Source: Gekko japonicus
Lineage: Eukaryota
Length of the DNA: 64,000 bases
Direction: 5' to 3'
Assembly: GCF_001447785.1 (NCBI RefSeq)
Contig: NW_015169277.1
Span: forward strand, 62,001 to 126,000
Shown: in pieces, positions 47,673 to 60,657 of the stretch
How the letters are laid out: each line of letters opens with the position of its first letter
Position numbering within the stretch: the stretch's first letter is position 1
The notes under the pieces: generated by a model
What the model was told of the DNA's origin: nothing
What the model saw: the letters and a program-made list of their open reading frames with translations, nothing else
Database searches by the model: none
Translations under genes and position numbers: made by a program

Positions 47673-48689
47673 GCAAGTATTTGCCTCTGTCATGTCCCTC
47701 TCCGGAAGAAGCCCATTAAAATCTTTGCCTTCCATGTACTGCTTCTTCTAGCATCCCACTTAGCCCTCCAATATACCTTAACTGAAAGATTTCCTTCTTT
47801 CTTTCTTTTTTTTTTAAAAGACAGCCATATTTGGTTTTATACTGGGCCATCTTTGGCCTTGGATGACAGATTGCTGACCCTGGCTGTCATCACAGGGTCA
47901 CCCTAGAGGCCCTTAGAAAGAGCTCGAAGGCCTGCTGGGCACCGGACAAACGCCTTTTATCCAGTTCTAGGCCGGAGTTATCCACAAGGTCCATACGTGG
48001 TTCTGACTGGAGCTGGCTGTAAGTTCCATTAACTCGCCTGTCCTCATAACAGCTGAATCTCAAATGACAGTAGGAGACCCAGCAATCCTGCTGTGATAAT
48101 AAGACCCAAAGCCCGACTTGATGAAGGCTTTAAAAATAGACGGGGACAAGGTGGCTAATGCTGTTTTAAATGGCAGTGATGAAATGGGCTCACATTCTAA
48201 TGCCTTCACTGTAAGCCAAATCGTATTTTTTTTACATTAGTCCGGTAAACAGACAGTAAATCACTCCACTTCCTGNNNNNNNNNNNAAATTTTCATGTAA
48301 AAATGAAGAATAAGTAGGAATAAAAAAGAATCATATCACCGGCTGATGAAGGATGGCAGGCCCTGAGCCCCCCCAAAAAAACCTCCTCCCCTTCCCCCAA
48401 GTCCTCTTAGATGCCACACGGAAGCCCCTCCTGCACCGACCTTCAGCTGCTTAATTTGCACATACTCAGTGTAATTTGTACAATGTGCACACCTTTCCAA
48501 TGAAGGTTTCTACCCTACAGATAACAAAAATTCTGATACGAAAGTCAAAACATGTGAGAATTCAGCTCAGCCCTTTTATAAAGGTAAAATAATGAGACAG
48601 TGTTGGGGGGTTAAGAGTGGACCAAAAACTGCGTGTTCAGTTAAAATGGTAAATGGGTACCCTCATCCCATCCAGTGTAAGCAGGTCAC

Positions 48690-48950
48690 TCCCTTCCAAT
48701 GAATCGATTGTACCAACCTGGGACACTCCCATTTTGCCCGGATTACGCTTCAACTTGTTCTCCAAAAGCCACTCCAGGACAAATTCCAAGCACCAGAGTT
48801 AAGACTGGCACAGTCCAATCTGGGAGGTCAATTAGAGAAATATAGAACTTGCTGTCATCTGCATACTGAAGACACCTAACCCCCAAGCGCCAGACAATCT
48901 CATTTACTAGATGTGAAACAAACATATTCGAAGCCAGTAACACCACACAA
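48690..48950 (-). mobile_element. old L2-type LINE reverse-transcriptase fragment
   Basis: LVNEIVWRLGVRCLQYADDSKFYIS includes the RT YADD motif. Confidence 0.7.
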
Positions 48951-49268
48951 GTCAGATTCCGGGTAATACTCTTACATTCTTCTTATAACTCCTGTGCCAC
49001 AAACTAGACATTCATTTGCCAAGAGTGAAGCACACCAAATAGATTTACATTATTTATAATTCACTTTTCTCACTGAGACTCAAGGTGGACTACACGGAGT
49101 TAAGTCAAACACAATTGACTGGATGGGTCATCGAATAAACAAAAACAATAATGTTTGGACTTCCTAGCCTTGTTTGTGAAAATTCTCACAACAATCTTCC
49201 AGCAGAAGCCATTATGGCCGTTTTACAGAGAACAGAAATGACACTGAGAAATAATAAGTGGTCTGAAG

Positions 49269-49684
49269 CAGGGGTCATTTCATAGAAAAAGAGGTGCAGG
49301 AGCTCATTAACATAACTCATTAGCGTAACTTATTTGCATATGGCACACACCCCGACATCACCGGAAGTGTGACAGAAGCTACACCCACCGCTCAGGCTCC
49401 ACTGGACTGTTTTGGATTGCTAGCTATTGGGGGGAGGAACGTGCAGATCTGTCCTCGCAGAGAAGGGAGAGCTTGTACCTGAATAAAACTTGGTCTTAGA
49501 GATGCCACTGGACTGTTTTGGGCTGGGGGACCGGTGGGGTGCCCTCTGGAACTTACCTGGCTGCTTCTTGCTCTGACTGAGGGCTGCTGGGAGCAGGGGG
49601 TGGGGCTTGTTGCATGTGCCCAACCCCTGGGCTCTTTACTGTCAGAGCTCCGCTCCTGTGCGCTCCTGCAGGAAATGACCCCTG
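49269..49684 (+). mobile_element. hAT MITE family B
   Basis: TIR CAGGGGTCATTTC...GAAATGACCCCTG; perfect 8-bp TSD GTCTGAAG. Confidence 0.92.
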
Positions 49685-49789
49685 GTCTGAAGCCTTATTA
49701 CTAATCAGTCACCAAAATGTTATTCACTGCATACAGGATACACATTTTCAAAAGCCTCATAAACACACCGAGCCCTGACCGGGACAGTG

Positions 49790-49975
49790 GCCGGCCAGCC
49801 TGACCTGGTGAGATCTCGGAAGTGAAGCAGGGTTGACCTTGCTCAGTCCTCGGATGGGAGACCAGCAAGGAAGGCCAGGGTCACTACAGGGAAGCCGGCC
49901 ATGGCAAATCACCTCTGAACACCTCTTGCCTTGAAAACCCTACAGGGTAACCATAAGCCAGCTGTGACCTGACAA
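49790..49975 (+). mobile_element. 5S rRNA-derived SINE
   Basis: GATCTCGGAAGTGAAGCAGGG...TCGGATGGGAGACCAGCAAGGAA plus RTE-type tail. Confidence 0.78.
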
Positions 49976-50793
49976 CAAAAGCAAAACAAGAAACCCCACA
50001 CAACAAGACTCTTGAGCGGCGGAAACTTCTTAACCCCCCCCCCCTTCTTGTTCCAGTTTCGAAATGGAAATTACTGACTCTCCACCAAGCCTGGCCATCA
50101 TTCATACATGAGATAAACTTGCAGGCGGCTCCAATAAGAACTAATTGCCATGCTAAAAGAGGTGTCAGCTTTGGCAGTGTAAAGCACGGGGGAAGGCACG
50201 ACGAGTCCCCTCCCCCAGCTCTAGGAGATATATTAACGATCGCAGGAGGGGTGACAGAGTCCTGGATTCGCGATTATAGCTTTGTGACCTCATTCCAGTG
50301 AGGTTTCCATATTTTGATTTCAAAAGCTAATTTTGATTTTTTTAATAATGTGTTCATAAAAACCAGCGTGGTGTCACTGCAAAGGATATGAGCCACAGAC
50401 TGGACGCGGCTCAAGCGAGATCTTGCCTGAGGGTCAAAACAGAGACAGGGGAAAAATTACCTTCTTTTTTTTTTTTAAGCTGAAAAGCAGCTGCAGGGAG
50501 GAGCTGTGTTTTCATTGGAGGGTCAGCGAGGGGAGGGAATTCTTAACCCTTCCCTTTCCTTCCAGTTGTCTGCTTAGAACAGCCATTGCCAAGTTTATAC
50601 CGAGTTCACTTTTCTCCAGACAGGGGAAAAGGTAGGAAGATCCTATATCCTTCTCCCTGCCCCCAAAGGGCAAATAAGCAGTGTAGGCTGGGATGATTTT
50701 GAGATGGAAAACAGCAGCAAGCAAAGAGAGTAAAGCCCCTGATGCCCCTCCCATAGCAGCTGCAAATGCTGCTGTTTGGTTTAAACAAACTTG

Positions 50794-51392
50794 GGCTGCG
50801 GTCACACGGAGCATTAGCCACGCTACAGAGACGNNNNNNNNNNNNNNNNNNNNNNNNNNNNNNNNNNNNNNNNNNNNNNNNNNNNNNNNNNNNNNNNNNN
50901 NNNNNNNNNNNNNNNNNNNNNNNNNNNNNNNNNNNNNNNNNNNNNNNNNNNNNNNNNNNNNNNNNNNNNNNNNNNNNNNNNNNNNNNNNNNNNNNNNNNN
51001 NNNNNNNNNNNNNNNNNNNNNNNNNNNNNNNNNNNNNNNNNNNNNNNNNNNNNNNNNNNNNNNNNNNNNNNNNNNNNNNNNNNNNNNNNNNNNNNNNNNN
51101 NNNNNNNNNNNNNNNNNNNNNNNNNNNNNNNNNNNNNNNNNNNNNNNNNNNNNNNNNNNNNNNNNNNNNNNNNNNNNNNNNNNNNNNNNNNNNNNNNNNN
51201 NNNNNNNNNNNNNNNNNNNNNNNNNNNNNNNNNNNNNNNNNNNNNNNNNNCAGGATTGTCCTGTGATCGGCACCTCCCCCCTAACCACAGGACCTCGATG
51301 AGACGTCTGATTGCGCAGCCGTGCGTTATTTTGCTCCGGGGCAAACAGCCACACTTCCCCCCCGCATTTTCCTGCCCGTGTGACCGGGGCCT
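50794..51392. mobile_element. Harbinger-type MITE end(s) across gap 50834-51250
   Basis: Left end GGCTGCGGTCACACGGAGCATTAGCC matches 5814; right end TGTGACCGGGGCC. Confidence 0.55.
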
Positions 51393-52184
51393 CAGGAGAC
51401 CTTCCACACGTCTTCCAGGTACTGGTGCGATTGTCCCACAGCCGCCTCATATATAGAAGTCTACAAAAGTGGTAATAAGAAAATAACAATTCCAGAGAAG
51501 GCTGTTACAACAATTAGTAACGTGCATGAAGACACATTTCACAGTGCAATCCTAAGTGGAGTTACACCCTTCTAAGAACACCTAAGTCAACAGGCTTAAG
51601 AAGGGCGTACCTCTGCTTAGGAGCGCACCGTTAAGGAGCTATGTAAATATTAAATATTATTTTAACACTTTTTTGGGGCAAAACTGATCTCTTTCATTTT
51701 GATTTTCCCTAGCTAATGAGAAAACACAGACAGAGTAAGGGCATACCCACACCCCTTGCCATACTTGATCCTTCCAGCCCCTGCAAAATATCCTTCCCTC
51801 AGGCACAACTAGTACAGCACAAGCCTAGTCCCAGGCACAAGCCCACCAAGTTCCACTGTTGGATGTCAGGATAAACAGTTAAGAAACTTGCGCTTGATGT
51901 GGCTCGGGTGGCAGGACTCTCCTCAGTAAGTGAGAAGGCTTCTCCTCTGGAGCAAGGGGTTGGATGCCGCAGCTCCATTCCACTTATGGAAGCTTTTATT
52001 CTCTCTGGCAGCTCGGTCTCTTAGCTTCTCTGCTGCACCAGCTCACAGCTTTACTAAACATTAAAGATGTGACTTTCAAGTTTCTCACATGGAATTCACT
52101 GCCAAAGGAAGTGGTGAAATACGTGACTTTCAGGTTTCTGAAACAATTAAATGGCTCCGTTTCCAACTTTCTTTTCTTTCTAAA

Positions 52185-52660
52185 CTTAACCTTAGAGTTG
52201 GACGGGACCACCAGCATCATGTAGTCTACCGCCTGCCAATGCAAGAACTATAACTATAATATTCCCGACCAGTAGATATCCCATTGATACTTAACAACAC
52301 CCGGTGATGAAGACTCCACCACCTCAAGAGGCAGCAGAGTCAAACACGCCACACCATCAGGAAATTCTTCCTCAAATTTAAACAAAACCTCTGTTGCTGT
52401 ATTTTATATCCGTTAGTCTGAGCCTTGTCATCCAACACTTCTTCTTCACCCAAGTACTTCTTCACTCAAAGAGTGATTAACACAGGGAATTCACTGCCAC
52501 TGGAAGTGGTGGCAGCTACAAGCATGGACGGCTTCAAAAAGGAATTAGATAAGCATATGGAGGGGAGGTCCATCAGTGGCAATTAGCCACAAGGTATAGA
52601 TAGGGGCTCTGGGGCAAGTGATGCTCTGTCATCTTGGTGCTTGGGGGGGGGGACCCACTC
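52185..52660. mobile_element. CR1 3' fragments in opposite orientations
   Basis: GGAATTCACTGCCACTGGAAGTGGTGGCAGC...GGCTTCAAAAAGGAATTAGATAAGCATATGG (+) and an older minus-strand tail. Confidence 0.6.
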
Positions 52661-52669
52661 TGGTTCTAT

Positions 52670-53561
52670 GTGTGTTCGCACACATGTAGCATGTTCGTGT
52701 GCATGTAAAGTGTGTTCCTCTTTTTCGTGCCACCCCATGTTAAAATCCAACCCCCAACACTACTTGGAGAACTTGGAGAACACTAGTAACTTGGAGAACA
52801 CTAGTAGAGGCTGCCTCTGAGCAAGCAGAGTATTCCAAATACTTGAGCCCGTCACCTGTGTGTGCATTTGAGTGTGAGCAAGTAACGAAGGCATGCAAGA
52901 AGGAGTTTGAATCTGAGTCTACTCTCTTAAACAGCAAACTTTATTGCTACAGATTAAGCTGTGCACAAGACAGTGAAAATAACTATCCCCCCTATTGGTT
53001 TACATGGAAAATAACAGGAAAAATACAACACTAAGCTAAACTTACCAATACCAAAGACCAGTCTTTGGACTTATCAATACCAGTACCAATATCAATAACA
53101 TCCCTGTGCTTACACACATGTAGCATGTCCGTGTGCATGTAAAGTGTGTTCCTCTTTTTCATGCCACCCCATGATAAAATCCAACCCCCGACACTACTTG
53201 GAGAACTTGGAGAACACTTGTAGCTTGGAGAACTAGCGACTTGGAGAACACTAGTAGAGGCTGCCTCTGAGCAAGCAGAGTATTCCAATTACTTGAGCCC
53301 TTCACCTGTGTGCGCGTTTGAGTGTGAGCAAGTAATGAAGGCATGCAAAAAGGAGTTTGAATCTGAGTCTACTCTCTTAAACAGCAAACTTTATTGCTAC
53401 AGATTAAGCTGTGCACAAGACAGTGAAAATAACTATCCCCACCTATTGGTTTACAGATCTATGGAAAATAACAGGAAAAATATAACACTAAGCTAAACTT
53501 ACCAATACCAAAGACCAGTCTTTGGACTTATCAATACCAGTACCAATATCAATAACATCCC
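52670..53561. repeat. tandem duplication ~435/455 bp
   Basis: 52670-53104 approximately equals 53105-53561, with variable short ACTTGGAGAAC repeats. Confidence 0.92.
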
Positions 53562-54157
53562 CCCTGGAAGTCCATGGAGCAAATGCCTATCCTGACCACT
53601 ACCTGCTCCATAAAGGGGAATGTGACTCCTATAATTTGTATAAAGATGTTTCCAACTCTTTAACCCTTCCTGCTTTAGCTTGTGGGAGGCCTCTTACCTG
53701 ATCCAGATTTAGGGAACTCACCCCTACATGGGAAAGTAAATCCTGACATCCCAATCAACACACATCTCAATACCCAAATCAAGTTTTACAACAGCTACCC
53801 ATCTTGCCCTTCCTGGGAGTCAGATCTCTCTGTGGAAATATAGCTATGCTCTGTGACCTCTTGGTGCACTTTATGGCTCTCTTCCCTAGGAAAACCAGCA
53901 GGAACTCCCTGGTCCGCTTCAAAACACCTTACATCTCGGGGGAGAGTGATCACACACTCTAGAAAATTTTCCATATTGTTAACTCAAGACATGGGAAGCT
54001 GATACTTAGGTGGGAAAACTTCATCCATGCTCAGATGGCATCTAGCCTGGACAGCTCCAAGGTGCTCAACACAGGGGTGGTTCTGGAAGCAGCTCAGACA
54101 TTTCAATTAGTTCAAAACGGAGCAGAAAGACACCAGTGGGTGCTAGTTACACGAATA

Positions 54158-54497
54158 CATGAAGCTGCCTTACCCTGAATAAGGTCCATTAAGGTCCATT
54201 AATTGGTCCATTAAGGTCAGTACTATCTACTCTAACTGGTAGCAAATCTCCACGGTCTCAGGGGGAAGTCTTTCACATCACCTTCCATCTGGTCCTTTCG
54301 AGTGGAGGTGCTGGTGGTTGAACCTGGGACCTTCTGCATGCCAAGTGAATGCTCTACCACTGAGCCACAGCCCCTCCCCAATCAGAGTTACAAGGACTGC
54401 AGGTGTGGAGGGGGAGGTATTTGTGAATTTCCTGCATTGGGCAGGGGATTGGGCTAGATGACCCTGGAGGTCCCTTCCAACTCTATGATTCTATGAC
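54158..54497. mobile_element. Squam2-type SINE (-, 54158-54380) plus CR1 3' tail (+, 54385-54497)
   Basis: Squam2 homology; GGTCCCTTCCAACTCTATGATTCTATGA CR1 terminus. Confidence 0.75.
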
Positions 54498-54783
54498 TGC
54501 ACCTCACCTGTTTCAAGAGACGTTCTCTGAACACCTCTGACTCAATATAGTGCACAACCATTCAAAGCTCTACAAAGTTTGGAACCCAGATATAAGCACT
54601 GACTGCTCTGATACAACTTATTGCAGTGGACGAGAGGAGGGCTTGTCCGTTTCAGCACTGCTTTCTTTTTATGAGACCTAAACAATGTGCAGTTAATGGG
54701 AGTGCATACTTTTGCACAAGGAAGTTCTGCGTGAGGGGAGAGAACAGCTTAGTTCAGTGGGGAAAGAAGTACATATGTGCAGT

Positions 54784-55359
54784 CATTTCTTCAAAAGTAT
54801 CAAAAGTTTCCATGGGCATTTGATACCAGGGACTGTACAGCAGAATACCTGCATATTCTGAAGACTGACCTACCCTGCAGGGTTCTTGAAGCAATTATTT
54901 AGATTAGGTAGCATAAGCTCCATGAACAAGCTAACGCAATACATAAAATACTATTTATTATTGCTCTTACTATTACAACACGGACTAGTGAAAGGGACAA
55001 TCTCACAGCTCCCACCCCACCGCCAACCCCCCCAATTATCATTTTGATTTCTGATCCAGGATTCTTTATGTTCACATTTCTTCAAAAGTATCAAAAGTTT
55101 CCATGGGCATTTGATACCAGGGACTGTACAGCAGAATACCTGCATATTCTGAGGACTGACCTACCCTGCAGGTTTCTTGAAGCAATTATTTAGATTAGGT
55201 ATCATAAGCTCCATGAACAAGCTAACATAATACATAAAATATTATTTATTATTGCTATTACTATTACAACACGGACTAGTGAAAGGGACAATCTCACAGC
55301 TCCCACCCCACCGCCAACCCCCCAATTATCATTTTGATTCCTGATCCATGATTCTTTAT
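54784..55359. repeat. tandem duplication 291 bp
   Basis: 54784-55074 approximately equals 55075-55359. Confidence 0.92.
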
Positions 55360-55505
55360 TTTCATGTTGTTTTCTGTCTCCTCACTTCTTGCAAAATGAA
55401 GGCCTTTTAAAAACATTATTTGTGCATCCATACACTGGTACCGTATGTTATGTGTACCTTCTTGGGGGTGGGAAACCACCCAGGAAGTTCAGGGTTGCAT
55501 TAGGG

Positions 55506-55821
55506 CAGTGGTGGCGAACCTATGGCATGGGTGCCAGAGGTGGCACTCAGAGCCCTCTCTGTGGGCATGCGTGCCACCGCCCCAGCCAGACCCAGACTAT
55601 CATTAAAGTGTCGAATTCTCCGCCAAATAATTTTAAGTAAATGAAAGCATTTGGGATTGCTTTCCTTACTTTGTTTGGATCATCTTAAGTTAATGTATGA
55701 GTTCTTTTTTCTAAAGTAAAACAGTATTCAGGTTAAATTGCCATGTTGGCACTTTGCGATAAATAAGTGGGTTTTGGGTCGCAGTTTGGGCACTCGGTCT
55801 CTAAAAGGTTCGCCATCACTG
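55506..55821. mobile_element. hAT-Charlie-type MITE nested in a 5S-SINE remnant
   Basis: TIR CAGTGGTGGCGAACCT...AGGTTCGCCATCACTG; TSD CATTAGGG/CTCTAGGG with central TA. Confidence 0.85.
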
Positions 55822-55914
55822 CTCTAGGGTTTGCAAAACCACCTCTGAACGTCTCTTGCCTTGAAAAGTCAGCTGCGACTTGATGGCACTTTACATCACC
55901 GTGTTACTTTTGGC

Positions 55915-56093
55915 CTAGATGGCCCAGATCTCAGAAGTTCAGGAAGGCTGACCCTGGTTACTACATGTATGGGAGACCACTAAGGAAGCCCAGGACTGCT
56001 ACGCAGAGGCAGGCAACTGCAAACCACCTCTGCTCATCTCTGGCCTTGAAAACCCTACAGGACCATCATAAGTTGGCTGCATCTTGATAGCGC

Positions 56094-56136
<43 letters not shown>
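55915..56136 (+). mobile_element. 5S rRNA-derived SINE with (CA)n tail
   Basis: GATCTCAGAAG...CCCTGGTTACTAC...TGGGAGACCAC...GCAAACCACCTCTG...CCTTGAAAACCCTAC. Confidence 0.75.
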
Positions 56137-56139
<3 letters not shown>

Positions 56140-57226
56140 TCTAGCCATACAATACACCATTCAGAGACAAGCCATGCAACAGGCGCACACAATACAAGCA
56201 AATCTTCAAAGCCAGCAGCGGAAAGCAGGGAACCTAACCTACCGACAGAAGCACAAGCAATTTTTAAAAAAATTGTGAACGCTCACCAGCAACAGACCGC
56301 AATCTCTTTTTCCTCCCAGGAAGAAGACAGATCTGTCGTTAGAAAGATGCAGAGACACGACCTAACCAAGCAACGAAAGGCTCCCTTCTCTTACGATCGA
56401 CTGCCCCAAAGTCTGAAAGATGTCAACCTCTGCTAAAGCTAGCTGGAGTAGCAGGATTGGCACACGCTAATGACACCGAGCTGGTTTTAATTCTCACCCA
56501 ACTTGCCTCCCTTTGTCATCTCATTACTGTTGCCCACCCCCCCAAAGGCTGTTGCTTGGCAGATGCCGTTGGAGACAAAGAACCGGTAATTTCTTACCTG
56601 CCATGCACCCCTTGTGCTATTTCTTGGCTGTATTTTGCTACTTTTAAGTGTGAAATATCCCTGCTGCTCTGCCAGATGTTCCATAATCCTATTTTTGTAC
56701 AGCCTTAAAGGCGCGCGAATTCCGGGAGCACTGCGTGTCCTGTAGCGTCCTGAACAGTAGGTGGAGTTGGAGCTAAAAGATACCAAAGAGCCAGAAAAGA
56801 TGCAGAAGAGGGCAACTGAGATGAGCAAGGGCTCCTTTCCTATGAGCAAATGCTGAAGAGTCTGACAAGTTTCAGTTTAGAATGACGATGACTGGTGTGT
56901 GTGTGTGGGGGGGAGACACATGATAGAGGTTTATACAACTACGCAGTGAAACAGAGAGAGCTCCCCTCTCCCTCTTCCCAGGAATACTAGCACCCAGTGA
57001 AGTTGATGAACAACAGCCTGCAAAGAGCACTATGATTTTTTGGAATGGTTTTGGGGTGATTTCTGGACCTTGCAGGACTCTTGTTTCCCCCCCCAAAATA
57101 ACATCACCCTCCACGGTTTATTTCTTCTATCCCAAATGCACACCCCCAGAAGTCAAACCGTGAGCCTGCCAGCATCCAGCATAACTGGCAAGCATGACAG
57201 GATCTTGCAACCTGGACACAGAAAAC

Positions 57227-57475
57227 TAGCCAGTTTGGTGTAGTAGTTAAGAGCGGCAGACTCTAATCTGGAGAACTGGGTTTGATTCCCCACTCCTCCT
57301 TCACATGCAGCAAGCTGGGTGACCTTGGGTCAGTCACAGTTCTCTCAGAGCTGTTCTCTCAAGCACAGTTCTCTCAGAGCTCTCTCAACCCCACCTGACT
57401 GTAAGCTGCTCTGAGATTCTAAGTGAAAGCTGAGGTATAAATCATCATTCTCCTCCTCCTCCTCTTCTTTCTTCA
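57227..57475 (+). mobile_element. Squam3-type SINE
   Basis: Head, body and (CCT/CTT)n tail. Confidence 0.88.
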
Positions 57476-57756
57476 TCTTTGAACTTTTGTAACATCGGCC
57501 TGATGAAGGGAACTCAAAAGCTTGTGCAATACTTTGTGCTGTTTGGGTCGGCATAGATATAAGGTATCACACAACTTTGTTTCTGCTTCTTTATTCTGCA
57601 GGGGCCAATGCAGCTGTTTACACCAGACTCAAGATGGACAAAAGGGGAGCCTACTTTATTCAACAAGCAATACGACAGGATTCACTGCCAGTGGCTGTAG
57701 AGATGGCCACCAGCACAGATGGGATAGAGCGGAGCTGGGGTGTGTGGCTGGGATGA

Positions 57757-58030
57757 CAGCCAGTTTGGTGTAGTGGTTAGGAGCGCGGACTCTAATCTGG
57801 GAGAACCGGGTTTGATTCCCCACTCCTCCACATGCAGCTGCTGGTGTGACCCTGGGTTAGTCACAAGTTCTCTCAGAGCTGTTCTCTCAAGAGCAGTTCT
57901 CTCTGAGCTCTCTCAGCCCCACTGTCCTCACAGGGTGTCTGGGGTGGGGAAGGGAAGGAAAAGGAGACTGTAAGCCATCCCGGTAGTGAAGGGCGGGGTA
58001 TAAACCCAATCTCCTCCTCCTCCTCTTCTT
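57757..58030 (+). mobile_element. Squam3-type SINE
   Basis: Full-length copy. Confidence 0.9.
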
Positions 58031-58361
58031 CCCCTAAGATAGTAATTACTTCTGAGCTGCCATTTCCTTACTTGGGCGAAAAATCATTTTGGTAAGCTTG
58101 AGATTCCTTCATGATTTCCCAATAATTTAAAAGTCTTTACATGAAAATTTAGTTGGCTTTTAGCGCACCCTCCCCTACAAGCAGGCTCAGCGCAGGTTGC
58201 AACAACAATAAATACATAATCCACCATATAAAATACAACCATTGTTAAAACCCAAATCACAGTAAGAACAATCAGTATCAACGGTCGTAGTTGATGACGC
58301 TGCCCGGCCACTCTGTCTCCATCTCCATCTGCTCCCGCACAGGTACCCAAATGCTTGCAGG

Positions 58362-58645
58362 CAGGGGTCATTTCATAGAAAAAGAGGTGCAGGAGCTCAT
58401 TAGCACAACTCATTTGCATATGCCACACCCCCTGACATCACCGGAAGTGTGTCAGAAGGCAACACCCATAAAGGTGCCACTGGACTGTTTTGGACCGGGG
58501 GGTTGGGGAGGGGGCTCTGCAGCTTACCTGGCTGCTTCTTGCTCTGACTGAGGGCTGCTGGGAGCAGGGGGTGGGGCTTGTTGCATGTGCCCGCCCCCTG
58601 GGCTCTTTACTGCCGGAGCTCCGCTCCTGCAGGAAATGACCCCTG
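58362..58645 (+). mobile_element. hAT MITE family B (shorter variant)
   Basis: TIR CAGGGGTCATTTC...GAAATGACCCCTG; perfect 8-bp TSD CTTGCAGG. Confidence 0.92.
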
Positions 58646-60449
58646 CTTGCAGGTGGATGGTTGTTGATATTGGGGGGAACAGGGGGACGAAAAACAGTGC
58701 CGGTGACAACAGTGCCGGGGAGGCCACTCTAAATAGGTTTCTGCTGCCTCAGCCGTAGGCCTGGCAGAACACCTCCATTTTGCAGGCCCTGCAGAACAGC
58801 ATTAAATCCCGCAAGGCCCAGATCTCAGTGGGGAGATTGTTCCACCAGGCAGGCGCCAGAGCTGAAAAGGCTCTGGATCTGGTTGAGGCCACATGGACCT
58901 CTTTAGAGCCGGGGATCACCGGTTAAACCCTTGGCCCTTAAAAAAGGAAATTCTTTATAAAATATAAATTAAGAAGTAGCTGCAAGCTCTTACAAGTACC
59001 TTCTACTTGCTCTGGAGCAACTGTCGTGACGATGCTCCAGTGCCTGTTAAAGCTTGCCTCCTTGCCCTGTGTCATGTTAAACAGCTGCCGCTCCTCATTA
59101 AGAAATGAATATTTTATTTAATACACTCCAAGCAACACTCATAATGTTTTACAAACATTCAGATTTCTTTACAAAAAACAAGAACCCCAAATTAACACAG
59201 ATGTTGCAAGCTCTTGAGAGAAGCGCAAAGGATTTTCCACCGAAAAAGCACTTGGTGGCTTTCATTTTAGCGGGATGCCTTCTATCCATATTGGTGAACG
59301 CCGCTTTGCAACAGAGGATTTATGCAGTACAGCTCCTGATAACATTTCTCTGGGTGGTGTATGGTCTTCACTTGTTTTATCCACCACACTAAGTTTAAAA
59401 AACAAACAACCCCCAAAGAACTACTATATGGAAGTTGTAAAATTTGTGTCGCTCTTGAGTCTTTTTTTTTAAGTGCAGCGAAACTGTGCAAACGACAAGA
59501 TAACAGCAAATATATCCAGCATCCAAGCTGATGGGGGCAATCCTTAAAATATTTCAAAACATGGATAAATTTTGTGCAGAGATGCTCTTCTGTGAAGCTC
59601 TGGGAGTCTGGAGTAACACATGCACCAGGAGTGTAAGACTCTTATTTAGGAAGCCATGTTGGCTGCTAAAAAAACCCCTGTTCCCTGAGCAGAATACTTG
59701 CAAAATTTTATTGTCGGGGGCCGACCAAAGAACCTACTGTATCTGTAGCTAACAAAGAAAATGGGCTGAGATAATGTCCTGTGTATAATTTAATCAGATT
59801 CTGACTCTTAAACTGTTAGATACAAGGGGTTGAATGAAGTATGTACAGATTTTATGTAGGCAATTAATTTAATGACATTGTTTTCTCTGCTTCTGTATGG
59901 CTTATGGGCCATAATAAGACTATTTAGAAACAGCTGAAAAGCCACAAATTTACTTTGGCATCCCCAAAACTCTTCTCCAGAGGAGTCTAGAATTATTCAA
60001 CTTGGCTGCTTTTGATTGAATACAGTCACATCATCATACCCTGGCAAAAAGCACACCCTAAAACAATATAGGAACCTAAGAGCATCCCAAAGGTTCACCG
60101 ATCCACTACCCCGTTTCCCACAATGGTCCATCAGATGTTCTGGAAGGCCTACAGAGCCAGAGAGACCAAAGCCTTCTCCTGCTGCTGCTCCCCTGCAGCC
60201 ACTGATATCCAGATGTTTACTGCTCTAAATGTGGACATCCCATTCAGCCATCATGATTACCAGACAGTCATGAAGGATAAGCCAATCAATGGCTCATCAT
60301 CATTTAAAGCCAACAACGTCACTGACAGTCACTATTTCCCCTGGCAGTGAGTTCCACAAGTCATCTGTTGTATGAAGCAGTACCTTTATCTTTCTCGAAT
60401 CTCCTGTTGATCAATTTCAGAGCCAGTTTGGTGTAGTGGTTAAGTGCGC

Positions 60450-60657
60450 AAGGGGCGGAGATTGGAAGCTACTCTGAGAATCTGAGTGAAGGGTGAGGTA
60501 TAAATCCAGCTCTTCTTCTTTTCTCCTCCTCCTCCTCCTCTTCTTCTTCTTCATGAAGAAGAAGAAGAGGAGGAGGAGGAGGAGAAAAGAAGAAGAGCTG
60601 GATTTATACCTCACCCTTCACTCAGATTCTCAGAGTAGCTTCCAATCTCCGCCCCTT
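60450..60657. repeat. perfect 208-bp spacerless palindrome made of Squam3 3' ends
   Basis: Centre TCA|TGA at 60553/60554; arms exactly complementary. Confidence 0.95.

Noticed and set aside
20830-51489. Long ORFs containing X runs (20830, 22830, 23011, 43336, 50512 and others)
   Set aside because: They read through assembly N gaps
56320-56435. Plus-strand acceptor followed by a short open frame (EEDRSVVRKMQRH...)
   Set aside because: No supporting upstream plus-strand exons and no recognisable homology
58084-58428. ORF with an apparent transmembrane helix
   Set aside because: The hydrophobic stretch is the T-rich 3' end of an L2-like repeat, joined to a MITE
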